64,000 nt of DNA from Vitrella brassicaformis CCMP3155 (taxonomy: Eukaryota; Protista; Chromerida). The DNA lies in contig CDMY01000405.1 in assembly GCA_001179505.1 (NCBI GenBank), forward strand, positions 248,001-312,000, read 5' to 3'. The position numbers and the translations under genes were made by a program. This document shows, piece by piece, positions 1 through 10,187 of this stretch. A model generated the notes under the pieces. It was not told where the DNA came from, did no database searches, and was given only the letters and a program-made list of their open reading frames with translations. How positions within the stretch are numbered: position 1 is the first letter of the stretch; every line of letters begins with the position of its first letter.

Positions 1-1118
1 GGGCGTGTCACGAGAGCGCACCAGGCGGCTGGCTGTCCAAACGTCTGTTTTGCAGCCCCACCACCGGCGGCACACCGACCACTCCCCTCACCTTTACAAC
101 ACACATCCACTGCTCTCCCCTCCCACACACACACAGACACCTTCTCACACACGGGCATCGTGCAACACACTGCCTGTGTGGGTAGGCGTGCACAGCACCA
201 CCCACACACATGCCACGAAGAGCTACATGGTATGGTATGTCCCGCTGGTCGGCAAAACGCCGCTGTCTGCCAGTTGGTCTGGTCGGTCCCCAAAATTGAC
301 GCCCGTCCGTTCGTTATCAACACAGACAGCCACACGCCCACACGAGTCAGTCAGTCAGTCAGCTGCACATGAAGGACACGTTGGTCTGGTCGGTCAAAAA
401 AGATCGGCACGACGAAAGAAACGAAAACCGCACCACCTAACACCACACCACACCGCACCACAGACATAACACAGGTAAGTATTGCGGTCATTGCGTCCCC
501 CCGCCCGCCCCCCGTGTGTGCGTGAGGTCTGGTCTGTCTCACCGGTGTGTGGTGGCTCCGGTGTGAGGCGGTGAGTCTATGCGCCCCGCTGGACCTCGCC
601 GAATAGGCCGCCGGTGGCGGGTTTGAAGTTGGGGTCCTTGAGCTTCTTCTCGCGCTTGGCCACCACGGCGTGGCCCATCGAGTGGTAGATGCTGTTGTAC
701 TTCAACGCCCGCTGCAGCCGGGCCTCAGACATCCTGGAGACACACACCGGAGAGACAGAGACACGGCATTCAACGTGAGCATGCCCCTCCCCTCTCCCAC
801 CCCAGTGCGTCCCATCCCATGTGTGGCCCAGCTCACCTCTCCAGGTGCCCGTCGCCTGTCATCAGACGCGCCGCAACCGAGTAGGCGCGTTTGCTGTGGC
901 CGTCCAGCTTGCCAGACAGGCCCGACGCCTCCTTCTCGAGCTTCTCGTGCACCCTCTTCTGCTTCTCCGTCGTTTTCTCGCCACGGACGTTCTGAATGAA
1001 GTTGCCGACGTTGTGAGTCGTCCACAGGAGCATCGGAGCGACGAAGGCCATCTCGTCAAACAAACAGAGGGAGTGCTGTGCGAAGGACGCGAAGCGGACG
1101 CGAAATGGACGCAAAGAG
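1..1118. repeat. Left arm of a large inverted repeat (partner about 1330-2435); may continue beyond the window start
   Basis: The reverse complement of 1-75 (gggcgtgtcacgag...ggcggcacac) matches about 2361-2435. The match continues through the CDS to about 1118/1330, with scattered substitutions and indels. Confidence 0.95.
577..1051 (-). CDS. Small basic hypothetical protein (about 123 aa), copy A, 2 exons
   Basis: MAFVAPMLLWTTHNVG...GHLER/MSEARLQRALKYNSIYHSMGHAVV...QRGA*, with one GT-AG intron. Near-identical to 1397-1871, with mostly synonymous differences. Confidence 0.85.
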
Positions 1119-1201
1119 GGGCGGTTGACTGCGAAATCCAAACAGAGGCGGCGTGAAGGCAGGGGGGAGAAAACGAAGGGAATGTCAGCGAAGGTTGCGA
1201 A

Positions 1202-1209
1202 TGCGAGCT
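1202..1209 (+). promoter_or_regulatory. TGCGAGCT candidate promoter element
   Basis: Exact octamer in the spacer between the divergent duplicated genes; it recurs in other divergent promoters. Confidence 0.55.
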
Positions 1210-1329
1210 CGTAGGGTTTCCAGTGACCAGCGAAGGTCAGTGAGAATAGGGTTTCTGCACTGACCTGCCCTCGTTCCCGTTTGCGATTTCATCTTTAAGA
1301 TTCTTGCGTCTGTTTGCATTTCACTTTCT

Positions 1330-2435
1330 CTCTTTGCGTCCTTTCCGCGTCCGCTTCGCGTCCTTCGCACAGCACTCCCTCTGTTTGTTTGACGAGATGG
1401 CCTTCGTCGCTCCGATGCTCCTGTGGACGACTCACAACGTCGGCAACTTCATTCAGAACGTCCGTGGCGAGAAGACGACGGAGAAGCAGAAGAGGGTACA
1501 CGAGAAGCTCGAGAAGGAGGCGTCAGGCCTGTCTGGCAAGCTGGACGGCCACAGCAAACGCGCCTACTCGGTCGCGGCGCGGCTGGTGACAGGGGACGGG
1601 CACCTGGAGAGGTGAGCTGGGCCACACATGGGATGGGATGCACTGGGGCGGGAGAGGGAAGGGGCGTGCTCACGTGGAATGCCGTGTCTCTGTCTCTCTG
1701 ATGTGTGTCTCCAGGATGTCTGAGGCCCGGCTGCAGCGGGCGTTGAAGTACAACAGCATCTACCACTCGATGGGACACGCCGTGGTGGCCAAGCGCGAGA
1801 AGAAGCTCAAGGACCCCAACTTCAAACCCGCCACCGGCGGCCTCTTCGGCGAGGTCCAGCGGGGCGCATAGACCCACCGCCTCACACCGGAGCCACCACA
1901 CACCGGTGAGACAGACCAGACCTCACGCACACACGGGGGGCGGGCGGGGGGACGAAATGACCGCCATGCCCACCTGTGTTATGTCTGTGGTGCGGTGTGG
2001 TGTCAGGTGGTGCGGTTTTCGTTTCTTTCGTTTTGCCGATCGTTTTTGACCGACCAGACCAACGTGTCCTTCATGTGCAGCTGACTGACTGACTAACTGA
2101 CTGACTCGTGTGGGCGTGTGGCTGTCTGTGTTGATAACGACGGACGGGCGTCAGCTTTGGGGACCGACCAGACTAGCTGGCAGAAAGCGGCGTTTTGCCG
2201 ACCAGCGCAACATATCATACCATGCAGCTCTTCATGGCATGTGTGTGGGTGGTGCTGTGCACGCCCACCCACACAGGCAGTGTGCTGCACGATGCCCGTG
2301 TGTGTGGGGGGGAGGGGAGGGGGGGAGTGGATGTGTGGTGTAAATGTGAGGGACGTAGTCTGTGTGCCGCCGGTGGTGGGGCTGCAAAACAGACGTTTGG
2401 ACAACCAGCCGCCTGGTTGCGCTCGTGGCACGCCC
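1330..2435. repeat. Right arm of the large inverted repeat
   Basis: Reverse complement of 1-1118; the spacer is about 210 bp. Confidence 0.95.
1397..1871 (+). CDS. Small basic hypothetical protein (about 123 aa), copy B, 2 exons
   Basis: ATG 1397, phase-2 intron 1612-1714 (GT..AG), TAG ending at 1871. Confidence 0.85.
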
Positions 2436-3130
2436 CGGGGACAGGGATGGATGGATGGATGGATGGACTGACCGGCTGACTCGTGTGGCTGCTAATTTGT
2501 AGAGTGCCTCCCTACTCAAGTGTGCTCGCTTCTGCCTGTGTATCGTCTTAACGCTCCTGGCTTGTGTGCTGTGTATATACATGGCTTGGTTCCCACTGAG
2601 CGTGAGCTCGCTGTGCTGATGTAATGACCACGTGTGTGGCAGTCTGTCACGGGTGAGATGCGTCTCTCTGACTGTCTCCTTCTCTGGTCCACGTCAGAGA
2701 TGGAGCGGGTTGGTTGTGCAGTCTCACCTCAGGCGGTGCCTCACTCTGGTTGTCTGTCTGACTGACTCGTTTGCCTAATGGCATACTGCTTGCTGTCGTG
2801 TGATGTCCGTGACGCCTCTCCATACTCGGTGAAAAGCTGATTTGGGTGTTAATTGGGGTGTTGTGAGCTTTTTAGTTGCTCGGCGCGTAAAGGGATGGAT
2901 TGCCTCTAAGCTGCCGGGAGAAGTGTTAAAACTACTTTGTTTGACGGAGTGTACCACGCAAAGTGGTAATACTTCCGTTCATCTGGCTGGAGCACAGCGC
3001 CTTCCACATACCGGAATCGATAACACACCTCCTCCCAGCCGGCGAGGCCTGAAATCCAGCGACGTCAAGGCGATGGTCTCACTGGCAGAACCATCGTCGT
3101 CTTCCTTCCCGTTCGTTTTGGCTGGTCACC

Positions 3131-4117
3131 ATGGCTTTCATCCATCCTATGGCGCTCACTTGGTGAGAACATCGACATCCATCACGCGCGCGTGGAAAGG
3201 ATGGACCTCACTTGGCATCGTCCGCCCGCCCCTGTCGGCTGTGTGGTGTTTGTGTGTCACAGGGGTCAGTCAGCGGTGGGTGCCATCGCCAACTTCCGCA
3301 ACAAAGACTCCAATTCGCCCAAGGCGCTCACCGAGAACCAGGAGAAACTGAGAGCAGTCCAGCACGAACGTGGCGTGAGTCCCCCAACACAACAGGGTTG
3401 CGGGGTGCTCTTCTCATGGGGCCGTTGTTTGTGGTGTCCGTTTCCTGTCTTTCAGGTCGGCAAGAAGGGTGAGAGCTGCCTGTGGGCCTGGCAAGCGTCT
3501 GGACGGGCACTTGGAGATCTGTCTGTCTCCCTCACCTTGAACATCTCTGTGTGCTGTTGTGTTGTGTGTGATGTGTACTGACTGTATGTGTGCAGGTGGT
3601 TTCGACTCCCACAACCGTCGCTCGTACGGCCTGGCTGAGCGCCAAATCGTTGCGGGACAGCTCGACAAGTGAGGGACGGAGGGAGGGAGGGAGAGAAATA
3701 AGGAGGGAGACAGCCACGCACACGCCTTCGCCTCACCTTTATTGAGGGAATGAAACACTGCCTGCAGGGTTTCCCCGAAGACGATGGACAGATTGATGCG
3801 TTTCAACAGTGCGTTCCAGAGCTACGGCAACTCGGTTGTCGACACCCTCGAGGCCAAGGGCCAGGGCCGCAGCAAGGAGCAGAGCAACTACACCCGCCGC
3901 GGCTCCACCGCCAGCGTCTCATCCGACGCTTCCTCCACGGCACTCAAACGCGGGGGCACCCTCGACGTAAGTCGGAAAATAAAGAGACACCACACACACA
4001 CACAGCAGAGAGGCAGGGATGTGAATTGATGGATGGATGGCATGTGTGTGCGTGTGTGCGTGTGTGTGTGGGTATGTGGGTGGGTGTGCGCAGGAGTCGC
4101 AGGGCATCGGCCTCTAG
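3131..4117 (+). CDS. Diverged paralog of the 577-1051/1397-1871 small-protein family (about 150 aa, 6 exons)
   Basis: Spliced product MAFIHPMALTWGQSAVG...ERG/VGKKG/GFDSHNRRSYGLAERQIVAGQLDK/VSPKTMDRLMRFNSAFQSYGNSVV...ESQGIGL*. It aligns to LDGHSKRAYSVAARL...HLERMSEARLQRALKYNSIYHSMGHAVV and includes a 13-nt exon at 3456-3468. Confidence 0.8.
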
Positions 4118-4649
4118 ACGACACACGACAACCAGCCGGACGGACGGACGGACGGAAGGGAAGAGAAACTGCATGGCTGTGGATGATGTGATGTAGTATA
4201 TATCTCGACACATACATACGCCACGAAGTGCCGTGTGCTGTGTATGCCTGTATGCCACACACATAGACAGACAGACAGACAGACACATTGCTGCCACTTG
4301 TGATGGGTGTGATGGGATGGGAGGGAGGGATGGAGGGAGGGAGGGAGGGAGGGGCGCAGTGGGTGGGAGAGTTTTATGAGCCGGACGGACGGAACGTACC
4401 GAACGGAAGACCACACAATTTTGCGAGGCGTGCAGTAGAACGTTGCGATGGTGGATGGACACGATGCGAGAACGTGAGAGGCAGTAAATATGGTGGTCAC
4501 ATCCGTCGATGCATTCATCCTTCCAGCCATTGTGTCCACGCGTCGATCGGTCTGACCCACTCACCAACAAATCAAACCAGACCCTAGAATTGCCACCGTC
4601 TGAAGCCGCTCTACTGACACATGGTGGATGGATGGATAGATGCCGTCAG

Positions 4650-5969
4650 TCACTTGTGCCCCTGATGCACACGGGCCCTCTTCTAAGGAGTCAAGTGGAC
4701 GACAACACACATGCCAAGAGAGGGAGGGATGTGGATAGGTCGTGTGAGAGTGTGTGTGAGTGTGTGTGTGTGTGATGGTTCACCCTTACCGTCGGTGGGA
4801 CGGTACGCGAGCGACCTCTATCTGAGAAGACCACACACGAGAGCACCACCGTCAAGGTGACACACGTACTCACTGGCATCTGTCTGGCTGTATACTGTAC
4901 CTGCACTGTGCGCCGCGGGAAGGCGCTCGTCCGCGTCAATCATGGCCCACTGCTGCTGCCGGTGAGATTGCCTGCATGAGCCAACATGCACCAAACCACA
5001 CACCATCCACGCCTTGCTCGACACACGATGCCAAATATGTCTTTCGCCTCACAGGTAGGCAGCATAGGTCCGCTTCGGAGGCTCCTCAACCTTGACAGAC
5101 AGACACATCACACGCAGATAGATAAGCACGTCATACGCCTTCCTACTCTTTGCTCAATCAGCTACCTCTGTGGCCGTGAGGAATCGCCGTGGTGGCAGTG
5201 GTGGGGCAAAGTCAGGGAAGGAGCACTTCCTGACCTCCTCCAGCCGCTTCCTGTGGTCCTCCCGCGCCGACCTCCCCGGTGGCGGGAAGCCCGTGCGGTT
5301 CATGATGTCGGTCTCGATGTCGTCCTGCTGCTGCTCGAGGGCCGCCGTGGCCTCAGCTGGGTGGAAGTCGGGTGCGTATGACGGGGGGATAAGGGTGGGG
5401 CCCGGCCGCTCCAGCAGGGACGGCACCTCTGCACACACACACACACACACACAGGAAGGCGTGTGTCAGCTGCCAGGTGTTCTATCGTTGTTTGTTGTTC
5501 CCTCACTGATCACCGTGTGGGAAGGCGATGGAGTCGTCGACTTTGGCAGGGTCGAAGTCGGCGTCCTTCCACTTGGCCTCCACCCGCAGCGCATCGACGG
5601 CATCCAGCATGTTGGCATCCGTGCGGCCATTCAACTCGCACAGGCCCTCCGCAACCCTCCCCAACCGCTCCAGATCTGCAGCCACCCAGCCGATCGCACA
5701 CAACATCCTGGCGACTGATGAATACCTCGGTCATTTGCTGCTCACATTTTGCCGTGTGGTCAGCGAGTATGTGTATGACGTCCTCCTCGGCATCGGTGAA
5801 TCCCTGGTGCCGAAGGGCGTGACACACCACACGCTCAAACTGACACAGCAGACAGACAGACAACACATGCAGGGCACACACGCAGGCAGCCACGTGATGG
5901 TACACCCTGCCCTCCTGTGTGCCTGCCTCAGTTAGTGCTCACCAGTTCTCGTGCATAGGCTTCTGTCAT
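4650..5969 (-). CDS. Bromodomain-associated (BTP) histone-fold protein, TAF8-like
   Basis: MTEAYARELFERVVCHALRHQGFTDAEEDVIHILADHTAKYLERLGRVAEGLCELNGRTDANMLDAVDAL fits the Bromo_TP histone-fold pattern. Downstream FPDFAPPLPP resembles the TAF8 C-terminal Pro motif. Confidence 0.75.
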
Positions 5970-6079
5970 CTTGTGCGGGTTCGTCGGCACAGATCTGTGC
6001 TTTGCGGAGTGTGGCTGATCCCTCCCAATGTGGTGAACAATCCTGATCCTTTCGCTCCCTTCTGCTCCCTTCTCGTGAC

Positions 6080-6099
6080 TGCGAGCTTAGCTGCGAGCT
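6080..6099 (+). promoter_or_regulatory. Two tandem TGCGAGCT elements (CTGCGAGCTTAG x2)
   Basis: Octamers at 6080-6087 and 6092-6099, in the spacer between divergent genes starting at 5969(-) and 6257(+). Confidence 0.55.
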
Positions 6100-6256
6100 T
6101 AGACATTCTTTGGCAGATCTCTGCCCTTCCAGGCTGTCGTGACCGCGTACCTACCGTCTGTTCTCATTTGCGGTGTGCGATTAATTCATTCTGTGTGTTA
6201 GAGAGGAGCGGCGATGCAGCTGTCTGTGGTGTGGGTGGCCAGATGATGGATCCGTT

Positions 6257-9033
6257 ATGAGTGAGGCATCTGGCAGCAGCCACGACGCTGCACTCGGGGC
6301 CACATTCACATTCGCAGGCTGCTCTGACGAGCCGCCCACATACCACGACGCAACAGGCGGCAAGTAAGCCAAACACACAGTGGGGCAAGGGAAGCCATGC
6401 ATCGAGCCGCCGCAATTCATCAACGTGTGTGTTGGCTTCTGCAGGCGTGGTTTGGTTGCCGGTCGTGCGGAGTCAGCGCACCGCTTCTTTGCCCACCTTG
6501 CGTACGATGAGGCGAAGGAGCAGCAGAGGAGGGACGGGCCGGCCGAGGGCACTGGCACCAAGGCGGCAGAGCGGTCCATCACCGATGCGTGGTTCCATGC
6601 CAGCCGCCTGCAGCAGTACACACACTCACGCGCACGTTCACAGACAGACAGAAGACAGACAGAGAAGAATGATGTGAGCTGATCTTGTCGGCTGTGGTTG
6701 TATTGTGTTGTGTGTGATGCAGGCGTGCGGGCGAGACGCTCTGGGACCTTCGCTATCACCTCCTGGGCAGCGTCATGGGACCGAAAGTGTACGCAACGCA
6801 CAGGCACACCTGGCCTGCACAGAAGGCCGATCCGATACACGAGTGTGTGGTGTGGGTCATCTCCCCTCTCTTCTCCGGACGGACCGGTGTGTCGTGTGGT
6901 CTCCCCTCTTCGTTTCGTTCATCAGGTTCCGCAATGCCGTGGTCAACGAGTCTGTGTACCGCCCGAACCAGTCCCGCAGGCTGGGGGTGTCCAAGGCCAC
7001 CACTTTGCAGCGGGACCTGGCACCGAAGGCTGAGGAAACGGCTCTCACCACACAAGCACGCAAAGAGGTGAGAGAGGCCATATGTCGAAAAGGAGAGAGA
7101 GGGGCGACAATGTTTGTCCACGTGTACTGACTATGTTATGTGTGCGGGGCGTGGCGTGGCGTGGCGTGGTGTGCCGTCGGCAGGCGCTGGAGGGCACTGT
7201 AGAGCGGCTGAGGAGCGCGAGAAGCAGCCTCATGCAAGACCTCAGGAGCCACGAACAAGTAGGTACTGCATCAATGGCGATGGCACGCACGGCACATCAC
7301 AGCACGATCCGCCCTCTGCACACCCACTCACTACTCTGCTCCTCTGCGATCTGTCTGTCCGTCTGTGTGTGAGTTAGCTGCATCAAGTCCTGACCCAGCT
7401 GCGGCCCCACTGGAAGATCAACAAACAGACGACAACAACAACCGGCTCCCCAGATCGCCTCCCCGCAGCTGCCGCCAAGGCGCAGGTGGAAGTGGACATC
7501 TTCGAGGCGCCACGGATGGGGTGGGGTCTCCCCCAGCCAGCGCCGCCATCAAGGCACCCCACACTGAGGCAATCGTCACCCTTCGGACCATACAGGGCAC
7601 AGATCGCCGTGAAGAGCGTACGCACACCGGGGTCAAGAGAACAGAGAGCGCCTTCGGTGTCTGTCTGTCGACGGAGGGTGCATGTGGCGTGTGCGTGTCT
7701 TTGTCTGTGTGTGATCAGGGTGCGGAGGAGGGCGAGGTCGAGAGCGGTGGTGCGTCGCCGTCAGCTGACATTCCCCTGACGATTATCTTTGATGAGTACG
7801 ACGCCTTTCGCATTGAGGAGCGGTACGAGCTGCGGGTGGCCATCAGACCGCTGCTGGGGGCCGACAGCAACAATGCTTCACCTCTGCCACATCGAGAGGA
7901 GGCCACGGCAGCTGACGTTGAAGGCACAGGTGAGAGGAGAATGCCGCGGGGAGGCAGGCACCTTTGAATGGTCGGCTGTCTGTGATGTGTACCAGTGCCT
8001 CCCTCGGTCACTCTGCCGCTAGCGCAGTCCCTCCACCGTGTCCTGGCCTACGCCCAGCATCGCTTCCTGGACCGATGTCTATTCCACGTCGTACACGGGC
8101 AGGTCATACCAACACGCCAGGCCAGCAGTGTCAAGAACATACCATATTACCATACATTGTCGCGACGAATCGAGTCCATCTTTGCTTTCGTGGTGGTGTG
8201 GTGTGTGTTGTGCAGGCAGCCGCCCTCCAATCGACGGGCAGCCTTTCGTCAGCCGCTGTGCCCGCCTCCCGCCCTCCCTCCCCGTCCCTCGCTCCCTATG
8301 ACGGCCTCCCAGGCAGGCCGGGGCCGGCGGACGGAGCGCCCGTGGTGACGCGACTCGATGACCGGCACGTTTCTCTCGTCCTGCAGGGGGCGTCAGCGCC
8401 TCTTGTGCTGAGGATCATGTACGGTCAGTGAGTGCACCAGAACCAGGAGACGGAGAGCTTGGAGGGCGCTGCACTCGTGTGTTGTGGGATGGATGTTGCT
8501 TGGGGTCGTGTTCGTGTCGGTCGGTATAGGTCCAGTTGGCGAGAATGAAAATCAACAAGTGGGCCACAAGAGACAACGGAACGACTGTAGTGGTGGTGGT
8601 GGTGGTGGTTCGCCTGACCAATCCCCGTCAGAAGACGCAGCACTGGTCAGTTAGTCAGTCAGCCAGCCACCCTGGAACCAACACTCTCGCGACACTACTT
8701 CGTCCCTTCCTTGTTGGTTGGTTCATTCAGGCGACTCTCCGCCACCTATTCGTCCGTGCGTGGCGTGAGCTGCTGGTTGACCGCCCCAACAGGTGTCTGG
8801 ACCACGGTATGCATGGCACCTTCGGCATCGAGCGAAGATCGGCATCCGGTCAGGGCCTTCCCCCACCCGAACCCAACAAGTGGGCCGCCCCCGTGTACCC
8901 GCCTCCCCCTGCTGCAGCGGCTGCGGCCGCGGCCGCTGGTGGTGATGACAATGGGCGAGCGTCGTGTGTGGAGCCCGAGAGGTTGCTGGAGACCTTCCTG
9001 CGGTGGGTGCAGACCAATGGTGGGGAGGAATGA
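6257..9033 (+). CDS. Multi-exon hypothetical protein
   Basis: Chain of phase-compatible exons from MSEASGSSHDAALG... through ADIPLTIIFDEYDAFRIEERYEL and ATLRHLFVRAWRELL...VQTNGGEE*. No family recognised. Confidence 0.65.
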
Positions 9034-10187
9034 CTGCTTGTGAGGTGAGATGGAGTGGGTGAGCTTTATTTGTTGCTATCGGGGTCGCTGGCTGGCTGGC
9101 TGGCTGGATGGATGGATAGGGCATTTAGTGCGTGCTCGTTTCAGTGTGTACGACGGACGGTTGGGGGGGATCGTTTGTGGGACATTTGAGACCCATTCAC
9201 TCAGTCACTCGCGTCACTCACGTCTCACACACGGATGAATGGATGGATGAATGGATAGATGGATGACAGACATCACACTATCACACCACACCACACCAAC
9301 CCACACAGGCAGACGTGCAGCCAGGATGCCGCGAGCGAGCGAGAGGCGAGGCGAGAGGAAGGCCCAAACGACACAAAAATAATACAACACAAAACATGAA
9401 TCATGAACCACCGGGCCGCCATGCATGCAGCGCAACGCCGAGCACTCTTCTCTGTACGTCCCACACATGTGTGTATGTGTGTGTATCGCTATACACGCCC
9501 CGCCTCGCCCCGCCCCTCCTCGACTCAACCAACAGAACCACCATGATAACAGAGAGAGAGAGAGGGAGAGAGGCAGAGGGGAAGGTAGGTACGAGTCGGT
9601 CGGCCTAGTTGCTGAATGAGTGAGTCGATGGATGGATGGAAGAACGGGTGCGATGCATGCAGCCGACCGGCACACACTTTGTTGTCTATTGTACAAAGCA
9701 CACCGACCACACCGACCTACAGGGTCTGAATTGGAATCCAAAACACACACATGGATGGCATGGCATGGCATGGCGGGGAGGGGAGGGAAGAAGGAACAAA
9801 GAAGGGAAGAAAGCAAGAGCCCCTGAGCCTCATGTGGCCTCTCTATCTATCTATCCATCCATCTGACCGACCGTGGCGCACCAGCGGACCGGCCCTTTCT
9901 TTACACAAACAGGCTTGATCAATCAACATCTCCCACCCCACCACACACAACATCAATCACACCACACCCACATGAATTTGCACCCCCGGACCGGCCTGGA
10001 CCACACACGCCGTCAGGGGCAGACAGGGAGAGTGAGTGCCACGGAAAAATACAGTTAGTACAAACAAGTATCCGCCCTCCCTCACCCTCTCCCTCCCTCC
10101 CCCCCAGCTGTGAGCCAGCCACGCAGAAAAATGCGAGACGGTAAGAACCGACACAACAGAGCAATCGCTCACTCAGACGCTCATCAG

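Noticed and set aside
5-469. Long ORFs in the palindrome arms and many 60-200 aa ORFs rich in HT/CV/DR/PS repeats across the window
   Set aside because: They are translations of intronic or UTR microsatellites, or antisense shadows of GC-rich exons.
471-480. Perfect donor ACAG/GTAAGT antisense to copy A
   Set aside because: Degenerate (GTGGGC) in the other arm, with no matching acceptor or ORF.
2842-3351. 169-aa ORF overlapping the start of the third family member
   Set aside because: It reads through promoter and intron; the ATG at 3131 in another frame gives the homologous protein.
6257-9033. Faint resemblance to Mediator subunit MED17
   Set aside because: Pattern-level impression only, with no diagnostic motif; it needs HHpred.
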